Shown here: positions 1 through 10,448 of the stretch, in pieces
How the letters are laid out: every line of letters starts with the position of its first letter
How positions within the stretch are numbered: the stretch's first letter is position 1
Virus record (IMG/VR): IMGVR_UViG_3300005654_000003
Location: 7,132-71,131 of that record
Direction: 5' to 3' (one strand)
DNA: 64,000 nt
DNA from: a virus
Made by a program: the position numbers and the translations under genes
The notes under the pieces: generated by a model
Database searches by the model: none
Told to the model about the DNA's origin: nothing
Seen by the model: the letters and a program-made list of their open reading frames with translations, nothing else

Positions 1-1286
1 TAAAGGATTATTGCATGCAATTGAAGCCTAATACGATTGAAGATATTATTGCAACGGTATCGCTGTACAGACCTGGTGCAATGGGCTCAGGATCGCACCT
101 TAGATACATTAAAGTTAAGAATGGTGATGAAGCACCAAATTATTATCCTAAATCTGAGTCTATTTTAAATGAAACGCATTCGGTTCTATGCTATCAAGAG
201 CAGGTAATGAAGATCTGTACGGATCTGGCTGGTTTTACTTTAGGTGATGCTGATGACATGAGAAAAGCCATTGGAAAGAAATCGATTGATTTATTAATGA
301 AGTATAAAAATCAATTTATCGATGGCATTATGTCTAGTTCCCAATATACAGAAGAACAAGCCTCGACTTTATGGACAGATATTGAATATTTTGGTGAATA
401 TGCCTTTAATAAGTCTCATGCTGCATGTTACGGTATTACAGGGTATTATACGCAATGGCTCAAAAGTTATTATCCACTTGAATTCTATACTACTGCACTA
501 CAATATGCCAGCGATAGAAATTTGTCATCCATTATAGATGAGATTAGTGTGAACGCTCACATGAAGCTAATGCCACCAGACATCAATAAATCTGGTGATA
601 GCTATTATACAGATTTTGATAACAATACAATATACTGGTCTTTATCGTCAATTAAGTATGTCGGTGTTAAAAAGGTAGATTTAGTTGTTCAGGAAAGAAA
701 AAAGGGGCTATTTTATAGCCTAAATGATTTTGTTTCAAGGGTAAAAATTGATAAGAGAACGCTAACCAATCTTATATTGTGCGGTGCATTTGATGAAGTT
801 GAGAATGTTGGAACGAAATATTCTAATCGGGCTTCATTGTTGCACGCCACTATGCATTCAGATGACTATACAGATTTCATGAATGGGTCTGGATTATGCA
901 GCAATACCGCATTTGCAATAAAGCAAAAGGATTTATGTGGCTATGCTATTATCGATTATGCAGGGCTTGGTGGTGCACTTTCAAATCCAATGCAGATTAA
1001 TTCCATTACTAAAAAACATATTGGTAAGATAGCCAGTGTCATTGGTATTGTTAGAGAAACAAGGGTGTTTAACACTAAAGTAGGTGAGATATGTAAGATT
1101 ACTGTAGAACAGAATTCAAATAAAATTGAAGCTATTATATGGAATGATTTTTTATCTCCTAATAAAGACAAAATATTATCGGCTAAGGGTAAGTTGGTAA
1201 ATTTTCAAGGCGTTTTGAGAAAAGATTTTAGATCAGATAACGTACAAATACAATCATATAAACAGAGTAAATTAATCATAAAATGA
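1..1286 (+). CDS. dnaE: DNA polymerase III alpha subunit (family C), C-terminal part; truncated at window start
   Basis: Frame open from the window edge (KDYC before M15). DnaE motifs SLYRPG, CYQEQVM, ADDMRKAIGKK, YAFNKSHAACY, YPLEFY, PPDINKS, LSSIKYVG; C-terminal OB fold. Confidence 0.93.
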   Translation, partial: KDYCMQLKPNTIEDIIATVSLYRPGAMGSGSHLRYIKVKNGDEAPNYYPKSESILNETHSVLCYQEQVMKICTDLAGFTLGDADDMRKAIGKKSIDLLMKYKNQFIDGIMSSSQYTEEQASTLWTDIEYFGEYAFNKSHAACYGITGYYTQWLKSYYPLEFYTTALQYASDRNLSSIIDEISVNAHMKLMPPDINKSGDSYYTDFDNNTIYWSLSSIKYVGVKKVDLVVQERKKGLFYSLNDFVSRVKIDKRTLTNLILCGAFDEVENVGTKYSNRASLLHATMHSDDYTDFMNGSGLCSNTAFAIKQKDLCGYAIIDYAGLGGALSNPMQINSITKKHIGKIASVIGIVRETRVFNTKVGEICKITVEQNSNKIEAIIWNDFLSPNKDKILSAKGKLVNFQGVLRKDFRSDNVQIQSYKQSKLIIK

Positions 1287-1717
1287 CAAGTGAAGAGCAA
1301 AAAGTAGTATATGAAAGGATATTTTCAGAATTACACGAATTACGACAAAAAAAGGGGCATGACTATGCAGCATCAGGTGATGTATTAAGTAACTTTAAAT
1401 TAACCGCAAAACTTAGTGGAGATACAGACTATGGCTCTATTTTGCGTTTTATGAATACAAAAATTGTGAGGCTCAATAATTTAGCTACTAAAACAGAAGT
1501 GAAGAACGAACCTGTTGAAGATAGTCTAATGGATTTAATTAATTATGGTATTCTGGCAATATGCATGAGGGAGGAAGAAAAAAATAAGTCTGAAATGAAC
1601 GATTCCTTATTGTGTATTGATACTGGTAGAACAAATGGTTTTTCTATGACTGATGGCACAACGGCACTGAATACTACACCTATAGACAATCACACCGCAA
1701 TTCTTAGTGAAGATTAG
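1283..1717 (+). CDS. DUF1599 / nucleotide-modification-associated helical protein
   Basis: KKGHDY..SNF...RFMNTKIVRLNNL...EPVEDSLMDLINYGIL pattern typical of DUF1599-like MazG-fold proteins; ATGA overlap with dnaE. Confidence 0.65.
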   Translation: MTSEEQKVVYERIFSELHELRQKKGHDYAASGDVLSNFKLTAKLSGDTDYGSILRFMNTKIVRLNNLATKTEVKNEPVEDSLMDLINYGILAICMREEEKNKSEMNDSLLCIDTGRTNGFSMTDGTTALNTTPIDNHTAILSED

Positions 1718-2599
1718 ATGAATCTATTAGTAGACATATCCAATATCTATTATCGTTCTTTTTTTAAGGTGCAGTCGTACCAGAATCAAAGTGATGAAGA
1801 AAATGCACATCACATGGTTCGTAAGTTCTTTATCGATTTTTCATACATAGTGAATATGTTTGTAAAGGTAGATAAAGTGATTTGTTGTTTTGACAGTAGG
1901 AGTTACCGTAAGGACATAGACCCGAACTACAAGGCCAATAGAGGCATGAAAAAAGAGAAATGGTTCTACGACTGTTTAGATGAAGTAGAATGGTTCTTGA
2001 AGAGCAATGGAGTCATTACGTTAAAGCACGATGGCTTAGAGGCAGATGATCTTATATATTTGTGCACCAAACTATATGATCCCAGTGTCATTATATCTAA
2101 TGATAAAGACTTACATCAATATTTAAAGAAAGATATTGCTTCTTTATCTTTGAAAAAGGGTAACAATCGATTATTTGTGACCTCTGATTCGATATTTGAC
2201 ACCAATATATTTCATAAAAAAGATGACTTTAGTAAGCATCTCATTATTCCAGAAAATGTAACCATAGAGAAAATCCTTTTGGGTGATGTTTCTGACAATA
2301 TACCACGTGTAGTGAGAAAAGGCGTTGGCCCTAAAGCATTGCAGAAGATTATTGCTAAAAAAGAGGCTTTTATTTCTGATGGATTACTAGATTTAGAAAA
2401 AATGATGGCTATTGCCAATGTTCTTTACAAAGATTCTATTACCTTTGATAAAATGCAAAAATCATGGGATCTTGTGACATTCAATGGGAAATTTGAAGAT
2501 TCAATATTCTTAGAAGCCCATTATACTTATCACAGACCATTTAAAATGCAGCAGTTTTTAAAAGGAACAAGATATTTATCACTAAAAGATCAGTTATGA
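1718..2599 (+). CDS. 5'-3' exonuclease (T4 RNase H / PolA N-terminal type)
   Basis: LLVDISN, CCFDS, YKANR, LEADDLI, ISNDKDLHQ, ILLGDVSDNIP, GVGPK. Confidence 0.9.
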   Translation: MNLLVDISNIYYRSFFKVQSYQNQSDEENAHHMVRKFFIDFSYIVNMFVKVDKVICCFDSRSYRKDIDPNYKANRGMKKEKWFYDCLDEVEWFLKSNGVITLKHDGLEADDLIYLCTKLYDPSVIISNDKDLHQYLKKDIASLSLKKGNNRLFVTSDSIFDTNIFHKKDDFSKHLIIPENVTIEKILLGDVSDNIPRVVRKGVGPKALQKIIAKKEAFISDGLLDLEKMMAIANVLYKDSITFDKMQKSWDLVTFNGKFEDSIFLEAHYTYHRPFKMQQFLKGTRYLSLKDQL

Positions 2600-2898
2600 G
2601 AGATATAAAACGAATAGAGTGGTTTAAGAGTAAAATAAAGACACCAGATGATTGGTACTTGTATTTTGTCTGGCTATACGCTAGTGAAGGTGAAGAGTAC
2701 ACTGAGGAAGAGTTAGAAGATATTAAGCAGGATGCCATTCGGTGTTTTGCTGTGCATAGAGAGCTGATGGCTTTTTGGGAAGAAAATGCCGATTTGAGAC
2801 TACAGCAAGTATGTATTGCATGCGGATGGATTAAACTGAAACCTGGATTCTGGTTCTACAAAGAAGATCAAGACTATATAAACACATTTAACAAATAA
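2596..2898 (+). CDS. hypothetical protein
   Basis: 100 aa ORF with ATGA overlap inside the replication operon. Confidence 0.65.
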   Translation: MRDIKRIEWFKSKIKTPDDWYLYFVWLYASEGEEYTEEELEDIKQDAIRCFAVHRELMAFWEENADLRLQQVCIACGWIKLKPGFWFYKEDQDYINTFNK

Positions 2899-2902
2899 CA
2901 AT

Positions 2903-3433
2903 ATGAGCTATATTATACCAATAGAAATAGGAGGAAAAACAATTAATTTTAAAACAGAGGGATATGCTGAAAATGTCGATGTCGACAATATCATATCAAT
3001 TGATCATGCCAACGTAGTTGGTGAATTACTATTAAATCCCGTTTCCTTAAACAATGCATCTATTTTATCGGCTCAGGCAGATAAGGAATTGCGACTATTA
3101 AAGATACAGGAGGATATTGTATTTGGTACACTTTGGGGAGAAAAGAAAGATGCTTTAACTATAGAAACTACGGATTCAAAAGGTAATGTAAAGTTTAAAG
3201 CACCAACCATAAATGATTTAGAAAATGCAGTTAAATTAGACCCTAGATATACAGAGATCAAAAAAAAGATAGCTGATGCAGAACAGGGATGTTCCATTGC
3301 AAAGAGCTTTATGTTTTCTTTAAAGGCTAAAGGCGATGCCCTTTTGTCTCTATCTAAGAGTATCGTGCCAGAAGATTTTAGTGCAGAACTCATTGAGAAT
3401 CAAATAAATGAGGTTATTAAAAAAAATAAATAG
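2903..3433 (+). CDS. hypothetical helical protein, possibly UvsY-like recombination mediator
   Basis: 176 aa, helical/coiled-coil character, directly before SSB; UvsY call rests on position and character only. Confidence 0.45.
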   Translation: MSYIIPIEIGGKTINFKTEGYAENVDVDNIISIDHANVVGELLLNPVSLNNASILSAQADKELRLLKIQEDIVFGTLWGEKKDALTIETTDSKGNVKFKAPTINDLENAVKLDPRYTEIKKKIADAEQGCSIAKSFMFSLKAKGDALLSLSKSIVPEDFSAELIENQINEVIKKNK

Positions 3434-3501
3434 AAAAAAGCGAGTTATTGTAAAACTTTTATAATAGTTTTGTTTTTATAATAAATTATAAATTTAAACA
3501 C

Positions 3502-4746
3502 ATGAATGATCAAAAAGGTTCTTCATTATCTATCTTAAATCAGATAGCTGGTGAAATGAAACAATCACAGGGGGGTTCAAAAGGAAAATTGACCTTTCTT
3601 AGTTACAAAGATGCAGGGGTGCACAAGTTTAGAATACTTCCAGCACATCCAGATTCAAAATCAGGTTCTTATATTCAAATGTCTAAGCACTATTTTACAA
3701 AACGTGCAGCAGAAGTTTGGATTAATAATGAAAAAACTGATCAAATAGCATTGAAGCCAAAAAAACTATATAATGCTGTACAGCATGGGGCTAATATTCC
3801 AAATGACCCTATTGAACTATATAAGGCTCACTTGGCTCACTTAGTTACTACAGAGCATTTTTTAGGAGACAGAGGGCCAATTGAGGCAGATGTTATCGGT
3901 AAATTTCAAAGAAAACCACTTTGGTCTATGAATATGACTACTGAGGGCGTTGTTTATGCAGTGCAAATCACTACTGATGCAACGGGTAAAGAAGTTTGGG
4001 GTGATGTAGGTATTTTAGCTCTAAAGCCTTCTATTGTGAAGAGAGTGCATGACATTACTAATAGTGAAATGGCAGAGGGGCAAATCGTAGGTGATTCTGA
4101 TCCTTTTTCTGATTCTGTATTGGGTTTACCAATCATTATCAAAACGAATCCAAATGATATTAAAAACTACTACACAACTGAGCTTTGTAAAAAACTTGGT
4201 GCAGATAGGAGAGTTACTGAATATCCAGTTCCAGCATCTATCATGAATCAATTAGCTGACATGAAGTCTTTAGATGACGTGTATGTGAATGTTTACAATA
4301 GAAATCACTTTGATTGGGCTTTAGAGGGTATTAAGTATTACGATGAGGAAAGAAATATCGGTTTATTGAAAAGACCTGATTTCTTAGCTAAATTAGAAGA
4401 GCTTGCAAACTATATACCAGATGCACCAACAAAGGATGAGGTAAAGACTCAGGCAGCAGTAGCACCAGAAGCGACAACAACCGCTCCAATGCCAGTTACA
4501 AACATGACTGATCCATCAACTATGAATAGAGTTGAATTGAAGTCGTATATTGTGACAAATGAATTACCAGTTGTTGTGTCTTCTGAAATGTCAGATGACG
4601 ACATTAGAGTAGCCATACACGCTTTAAAAACGCCTGTAGCTGAAACTGCACCAATTATTGCACCAGAAGCTACATCAGTTTCTAAAACGGCTGATGAGAC
4701 ATTAGATCACTTAGCTACATTAAGAGAAAAATTGGGCAAGCAATAG
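3502..4746 (+). CDS. single-stranded DNA-binding protein (T4 gp32-like) with Ala/Pro/Thr linker and small C-terminal helical domain
   Basis: KFRILPAHP...HYF N-terminal pattern of gp32-like SSBs; replication-cluster context. Confidence 0.7.
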   Translation: MNDQKGSSLSILNQIAGEMKQSQGGSKGKLTFLSYKDAGVHKFRILPAHPDSKSGSYIQMSKHYFTKRAAEVWINNEKTDQIALKPKKLYNAVQHGANIPNDPIELYKAHLAHLVTTEHFLGDRGPIEADVIGKFQRKPLWSMNMTTEGVVYAVQITTDATGKEVWGDVGILALKPSIVKRVHDITNSEMAEGQIVGDSDPFSDSVLGLPIIIKTNPNDIKNYYTTELCKKLGADRRVTEYPVPASIMNQLADMKSLDDVYVNVYNRNHFDWALEGIKYYDEERNIGLLKRPDFLAKLEELANYIPDAPTKDEVKTQAAVAPEATTTAPMPVTNMTDPSTMNRVELKSYIVTNELPVVVSSEMSDDDIRVAIHALKTPVAETAPIIAPEATSVSKTADETLDHLATLREKLGKQ

Positions 4747-4772
4747 ATTATTCATGTTTGCTTGTTCATAAG

Positions 4773-4809
4773 TCCCCATTACAATTAATTTGTTTTGGGG
4801 ATTTTTTTT
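4773..4809 (+). terminator. intrinsic terminator after SSB
   Basis: TCCCC(4773-4777)...GGGGA(4797-4801) followed by a run of T; long loop. Confidence 0.5.
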
Positions 4810-4828
4810 ATATATTGCTAATATAAAT

Positions 4829-5860
4829 ATGACGTACATGAGTTTTTTAAGCAATAGTTCCGCACCACATCCAGACGATTATGAATATGCCCATTATTTA
4901 ATGGTTTCTGAATTCGATGTGTATGTTTATCACAAACTCAATTTTGAGATCAAGACCAGTGAGGTGAAAAAAATGAGACGTAGGTTAATGCGAACCAATA
5001 CTGTCCGAAAAGAATATCGATCACTGGATAATAATAAAGTGGTTTTTGAGCAAGGCATGGTGATGTCAATGTCGTTAAACAATAAGAAAAAAACAACGTG
5101 GTGTACATTTACGTTTATTCCTGAAAAAATTTCGGGTTATCAGATTTTTATGTCAATAAAGTCATATATTTCTAATGATCCCAATAACAAAAATACAGTT
5201 CATATTGTAGGTTCGAGTAACATGGGGCTTTATTTAATTGATTTTGATGTCATTACACAATCTACAGATATTTCATTAAATTATAATGAAGATACGCTGG
5301 TCGATTATGCGTTTTTGAAAAGCAGTTTAGCTGAAAACAAGGAATCGTTGGTGATCTTTCACTCTGAACCTGGTACTGGAAAGACCAGCCTCATTAGATC
5401 CCTTGTAAAAGAAGTGCCCAAAAAGTTTGTGTTCTTGCCCAACAATATGATTGACATGTTCATTGACCCATCCTTTATGGATTTTGCATTAGAAGACTTA
5501 AAAAATTCTATTATCATTATTGAAGATGCTGAAAACATCTTGGGATCAAGAGATCAGGGAGTTAATCCTTATGTGAGTACTATATTAAATCTTACCGATG
5601 GATTGATGAAGGATTTATTAAACATTAAGATCATTTGCACTATCAATAGTGACATCAATAATATTGACACCGCCTTGTTAAGAAAAGGACGTTTATTGTT
5701 GCAGTCTGAGATACAGGATTTAGTTCCAGACAAGGCTAATGCTTTATTGAAAAAATTAGGAGTGGATTACGTGACTACAGAACCCATGAGGTTATGTGAT
5801 ATATATAATATGGATTCTCAGGCAGAGACATCCGTGACTAAAAAGGGTATCGGGTTTTAA
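4829..5860 (+). CDS. AAA+ ATPase
   Basis: Walker A HSEPGTGKT, Walker B IIIIEDAE, ILNLTDG, IDTALLRKGRL. ATG 4829 preferred because the track's TTG 4790 lies in the terminator. Confidence 0.85.
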   Translation: MTYMSFLSNSSAPHPDDYEYAHYLMVSEFDVYVYHKLNFEIKTSEVKKMRRRLMRTNTVRKEYRSLDNNKVVFEQGMVMSMSLNNKKKTTWCTFTFIPEKISGYQIFMSIKSYISNDPNNKNTVHIVGSSNMGLYLIDFDVITQSTDISLNYNEDTLVDYAFLKSSLAENKESLVIFHSEPGTGKTSLIRSLVKEVPKKFVFLPNNMIDMFIDPSFMDFALEDLKNSIIIIEDAENILGSRDQGVNPYVSTILNLTDGLMKDLLNIKIICTINSDINNIDTALLRKGRLLLQSEIQDLVPDKANALLKKLGVDYVTTEPMRLCDIYNMDSQAETSVTKKGIGF

Positions 5861-6021
5861 CGCCTGTGATTAAACCAAACAGCTTTTCCGCCTCTATCAT
5901 GCATACCAGCATGTGCTTTGCCCTTAATTGAAGATTTTTTCTTACCATAGATACTAGCATCCTTAGTGCAGGAAACAGTTGTGAAGGTAATAGCGATAAT
6001 TAAAAATATTATTTTTTTCAT
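5857..6021 (-). CDS. small lipoprotein (54 aa), not in the ORF track
   Basis: Hand translation MKKIIFLIIAITFTTVSCTKDASIYGKKKSSIKGKAHAGMHDRGGKAVWFNHRR*; signal peptide with VSC lipobox; fills the intergenic gap. Confidence 0.6.
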   Translation of the reverse strand: MKKIIFLIIAITFTTVSCTKDASIYGKKKSSIKGKAHAGMHDRGGKAVWFNHRR

Positions 6022-6062
6022 TGTACTGGTTTTGTGTATTAAAAATAACTAATTTTACCGTC

Positions 6063-7094
6063 ATGGAAAATAAATATCTTATTGTGATGGACACACACAT
6101 AAAAGAGTCCAATATATCTTTAATTGAAAATCTGTTTGATCAAATCATTGATGTTTGCAAAAAATATGATATTAAACATATATTACATGGAGGTGATATG
6201 TTCAATGCCAGAAAAGCACAGTCTCTTTCTGTTTTGCGATGCTTTGATTATATTCTTGATCAAATACACGAGGGGGGCTTGCACATGCATGTAATCCCAG
6301 GGAATCATGATCGCACCAATCTGGAAAAATCAGAGAGCTATCTTGATGTTTTTAGACACCATGAAGCATTAAGTGTTTATGATCCTGAATACTCTATTGA
6401 TCACATATCTGCACACATGGTCTTTCATATGCTACCGTACTTCAAAGAAGATGGATCGTATTGGCAAAGACTTTCTGACCTGAAAATTGTGGAGGGTAAA
6501 AGAAACATTCTGATCACCCACATAGCTGTAAATGGAGTGAAAAACAATGGTGGAACGTCTGTTAAAAATAACATTACAGCAGATCTTTTTAATAGATTTG
6601 ATTCCGTTTATGTAGGCCATTATCACAATAAATCATCCATAAATGATAGGATTCATTACTTAGGCTCACTATACCCAGCCAATTATGGTGAAGATAATGA
6701 CAAGGGTGTACATATTCTAAGTGAAGATGGCTCTTTAGAGTTTTTAAAACTAGATTTCCCTGAGTACTATACCATAGGATATGATGCATCCAATGTAAAA
6801 GACATGCAAAAAGCCATGAAAGACTTATCTAAGAATCATGAAAATAATCATGTGCGTATTAAGGTTACTGGCACAGAAGATCAATTAAAGAATATGAATA
6901 AAAAAGATTTTGAACAGTTTACCATGTTTGATATGCGATATGAAACCAAGACATCAAATAGAACCGAACTGAAAGAATATAAAGAAAGTGATCTCTTAGA
7001 AGCCTTTACGACCTTTACAGGAACGTCATCAGATATAGATCAATCAATTATCGACTTATCTCATAATTACATTAAAAAAGCATTAAAATCATAG
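6063..7094 (+). CDS. recombination nuclease subunit, Mre11/SbcD/gp47-like
   Basis: DTH, GGDMFN, IPGNHD, LITH, VGHYH metallophosphoesterase motifs; next to the Rad50-like gene; ATG 6063 preferred. Confidence 0.9.
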   Translation: MENKYLIVMDTHIKESNISLIENLFDQIIDVCKKYDIKHILHGGDMFNARKAQSLSVLRCFDYILDQIHEGGLHMHVIPGNHDRTNLEKSESYLDVFRHHEALSVYDPEYSIDHISAHMVFHMLPYFKEDGSYWQRLSDLKIVEGKRNILITHIAVNGVKNNGGTSVKNNITADLFNRFDSVYVGHYHNKSSINDRIHYLGSLYPANYGEDNDKGVHILSEDGSLEFLKLDFPEYYTIGYDASNVKDMQKAMKDLSKNHENNHVRIKVTGTEDQLKNMNKKDFEQFTMFDMRYETKTSNRTELKEYKESDLLEAFTTFTGTSSDIDQSIIDLSHNYIKKALKS

Positions 7095-7097
7095 AAT

Positions 7098-9011
7098 ATG
7101 TGGAATATTGAAAAAGTACAAATATCAAATATCATGTCTATTGCTGATCAAGTATGGCAGGTTAACAATAATGCACTGAGCCTTATATATGGAATCAATA
7201 GTACTGATCCAGATGCACACTCTAATGGTAGTGGAAAATCGACACTGTTGGAGTGCATTAAACTTGGGTTAACGACAAAAACGATTAAAAACGTTAATAA
7301 AAAAGACATTGTAAGACACGGACAATCAGATGGTTATATAAAAATGGTGTTAAAAAATACCGTTATTAATGAAGAAATGTTAATAGAAAAATACTTTGCT
7401 TCTAAGTCATCTAACAAGTGTAAAATATTTATCAATGGTAACTTACAGGAGCATCTTGTGGACATGAATATTACCGAAAGTGATAAATTCATTTTGGAAA
7501 AACTAAAGCTCAGTTCCAGTGAGATCGATGACTATTTCTTAATTAGTAAAGAAAAATACACGTCTTTTTTCAATGCATCTGATAAAGTCAAGAAAGAATT
7601 AATTAATCGGTTTTCTAAGATTGATGTACTTGATCCCGTGGACGACATGATTAAGACGGACATCGATAAAATTAAATCAGACATTGCTCATAAGAGACAT
7701 GAGATAGATAATAACAATGCCAGTATAATAGCCTTTAAGGCCAGCATGGAATCCATAGATGAACAAAAGCAGAAATGGCAAAACGATGCAGAAGAGCTCC
7801 TAAAGAAATCACAGGGTACATTAACCGACATAGAGGTGAAAATGGGCATGTCTTCTACCATGATCGTTATTAATCCAGAAGAAGTGAAGGCCAAAGGTGA
7901 CTATGCAGAACAGATAGCTCAAAAAACCTTGTTGGATCAAAAGCAGCAGATTCACAATTATCATGTTAATATAGATAAATTAAATGAGCAGGCACGTAAG
8001 TCTAACGAGGCATTATTGGAAGCCACTACAATGGTTAATAAGATGCAGGGATCACTTGTTTCTCAGGCTACGTGTCCCAAATGTCAATATACATTTTCCA
8101 TTAACGATGCATCTACGCCTATCGAGACTGTGGAGAAAAATATAGGGGAAGCTGAGGCATTTTGTAATGAAATCAGGGGTGTTTTAGAAGAAATTCGTAA
8201 CAAAATAAGGGTTAATGAAGATAAAATATCGGAGATTAAGACCAATTTTGACACCACTGAGTTAGATTTAGCTAAAAAAGAGCATCAAGACTTGCGTATG
8301 AGGCAGCAGGAAGGGCAAAATGCATTACAGATCATTGAATCCGAAATAACCTCTTTAAAAAGCATACATGCGAGTCAAACAACTCAGATTGAGTCATTGC
8401 AGAAGATGATAGCGGATGCAGACAAGGGTAAAATTAGTGATCAAATTAAGTATTGTGAAGCAAAGAACGAGTCTATCGAAAAAGAAGTGCAGGAACTAGA
8501 ATCGTCTATTGTGAAACTTTATGCTTCATCTCAATCCCTTATAACGAGCTTTAAGACCACTATCGCCAACAATTCCTTATCCTATATCCAACAAGAGGCC
8601 AATGACGTGCTCACGGCCATGCAATGCCCTCACAGGGTCTCTATTAGTGGCTATAAGATGTTGGCTTCTGGTAAACTAAAAGATAAGATTACTGTATCTA
8701 TTGCCAGAAATGGAGTTGGTGAAGAGCCATTTGGTTCATTTAGTGGTGGAGAAAAGGCTAAGGTAGATTTTGCGTGCATGTCTGCACTGAATAAAATTAT
8801 TAATAAAAATGTAGCTCCTTATGGACTTAATTTAATGTGCATTGATGAAGTTTTAGAATCAATCGATTCCGAGGGCTTTGTTTCTTTGGTGGATTCTATA
8901 AAAAATATAGACTCGACAATCCTACTGATTACGCACGTTGATCCAGAAACCATCCATAATGTTAATAAAATAGTTGTTGAAAAAGTAAATGGTATTACTC
9001 AAATTGTTTAA
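7098..9011 (+). CDS. recombination ATPase subunit, Rad50/SbcC/gp46-like
   Basis: Walker A NGSGKST, coiled coil with CPKC zinc hook, signature FSGGE, Walker B CIDEVLESID, ITH. Confidence 0.93.
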   Translation: MWNIEKVQISNIMSIADQVWQVNNNALSLIYGINSTDPDAHSNGSGKSTLLECIKLGLTTKTIKNVNKKDIVRHGQSDGYIKMVLKNTVINEEMLIEKYFASKSSNKCKIFINGNLQEHLVDMNITESDKFILEKLKLSSSEIDDYFLISKEKYTSFFNASDKVKKELINRFSKIDVLDPVDDMIKTDIDKIKSDIAHKRHEIDNNNASIIAFKASMESIDEQKQKWQNDAEELLKKSQGTLTDIEVKMGMSSTMIVINPEEVKAKGDYAEQIAQKTLLDQKQQIHNYHVNIDKLNEQARKSNEALLEATTMVNKMQGSLVSQATCPKCQYTFSINDASTPIETVEKNIGEAEAFCNEIRGVLEEIRNKIRVNEDKISEIKTNFDTTELDLAKKEHQDLRMRQQEGQNALQIIESEITSLKSIHASQTTQIESLQKMIADADKGKISDQIKYCEAKNESIEKEVQELESSIVKLYASSQSLITSFKTTIANNSLSYIQQEANDVLTAMQCPHRVSISGYKMLASGKLKDKITVSIARNGVGEEPFGSFSGGEKAKVDFACMSALNKIINKNVAPYGLNLMCIDEVLESIDSEGFVSLVDSIKNIDSTILLITHVDPETIHNVNKIVVEKVNGITQIV

Positions 9012-9047
9012 ATTGCAATTCCTATTAAAAAAAACAATCACGACACA

Positions 9048-10448
9048 ATGAGTAGATTTTTACAAAAAGACTTCCTATTTGAACTTTTCAAAATCAGCAT
9101 AGAATCCAAATACTACATGGGGTTATTAATTGATCACATGCAGTTTGAATATTTACCCTCTGAGGCATTTAAAAAACTATTTAAGCATGTAAAGTATAAC
9201 TTTGCTCTTCATGGTAGACAGTTGCCTACGTATGGTGGATTGACTCAGGAGTTTGAAAAAGATGAAGAAGTTGTAAAGATCCTGTTTGACATTAACCAAT
9301 GTGATGTAAGAGATAGGCATTATAGTATTGCTCAGGATTTTGAAGGATGGCTACGTCACACAAAATTTATTCATACGCACACTACTGAAACAGAAGAATA
9401 CCAAAAAGCTACCAGTGCAGAAGATAGAGATAGAGCATTGGGTAGATTCTATAGAAAAATGGAACAAGCCATATCTTTTAGTATGGTTAAAAAAGACTAT
9501 GAGGGCGTATATAATAATTTTACTGAACGACAAATATATAGGTCTAAACTAGCAGAGGAAGGAAACTCTAACAAAATTGCGACTGGCATTAACGAATTAG
9601 ACTACTATTTAGGAGGTGGATTAATAAGAAAACAGTCGTGTCTGCTAATGGGTAGAAGTGGGGCTGGTAAGTCCACCATGATGCGTTGGCTCAGTATTCA
9701 GGCGTTTGCAAGAAAAAAGAATGTTGTGTATTTTTCATTCGAGGGATCTAAAGAGCAGACCATGCTTCTATTTGATGCAGCTTGGACAGGTACACCTATT
9801 GCAAAAATGGCTATGGGTGAACTTGATCATAATAAACGGGAAGCTGTGTATTCTACTGCCAAAAAAATGGCTGGTGGTGGTGGTGACATTACCGTTATAT
9901 CTTCTAATTCTTTTGATGAAGTCACCATTGACTCATGTAGGCGAATTTTGATTGATATTGAACGCCAGATAGGTAAAATAGACTTAGTTTGTTTTGACTA
10001 CTTAGAGCTACTGCAAACGGGTGAAACCTATACAAAAAAGCATAGTGGAAAAGATGAAAGAGAAAGAAGAAAACATCTTGCTGAAATGATCACTGATATA
10101 TCTAAAGACTTGGACTGTGCAACGGTAACTGCCACTCAATCCAATAATGTCATGCCAGCTATATATAATAATCCTGATTTTGTGCTAACACGAGACAATA
10201 TATCAGATGCTAAAAACGTATTGTATCCATTTTCTTACTTCATTACCATCAATGCTACTTCTGATGAATATAGTAATCAAGTAGCCCGATTGCATATAGA
10301 CAAATTTAGGGAAGGGAAATCTGGACAGACAATGAATATTTGTCAATCTTTACATTTGGGTAGGTTTTACGATGGAGATAAAACTTGTAAATTATTTTGG
10401 GACTCAGTAATTAATGAAAAAAGACAAATCCAGCAAGTTGAAGAATAA
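9048..10448 (+). CDS. dnaB: replicative DNA helicase (DnaB/gp41-like)
   Basis: ATGINELDYYLGGG, GRSGAGKST, FSFEG, CFDYLELL, TATQSN, IDKFREG. Confidence 0.9.
   Translation: MSRFLQKDFLFELFKISIESKYYMGLLIDHMQFEYLPSEAFKKLFKHVKYNFALHGRQLPTYGGLTQEFEKDEEVVKILFDINQCDVRDRHYSIAQDFEGWLRHTKFIHTHTTETEEYQKATSAEDRDRALGRFYRKMEQAISFSMVKKDYEGVYNNFTERQIYRSKLAEEGNSNKIATGINELDYYLGGGLIRKQSCLLMGRSGAGKSTMMRWLSIQAFARKKNVVYFSFEGSKEQTMLLFDAAWTGTPIAKMAMGELDHNKREAVYSTAKKMAGGGGDITVISSNSFDEVTIDSCRRILIDIERQIGKIDLVCFDYLELLQTGETYTKKHSGKDERERRKHLAEMITDISKDLDCATVTATQSNNVMPAIYNNPDFVLTRDNISDAKNVLYPFSYFITINATSDEYSNQVARLHIDKFREGKSGQTMNICQSLHLGRFYDGDKTCKLFWDSVINEKRQIQQVEE

Noticed and set aside
9048-10448. Intein in the helicase or in the visible part of DnaE
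   Set aside because: Motif spacing is normal; no intein termini (C...HN) or LAGLIDADG insert.
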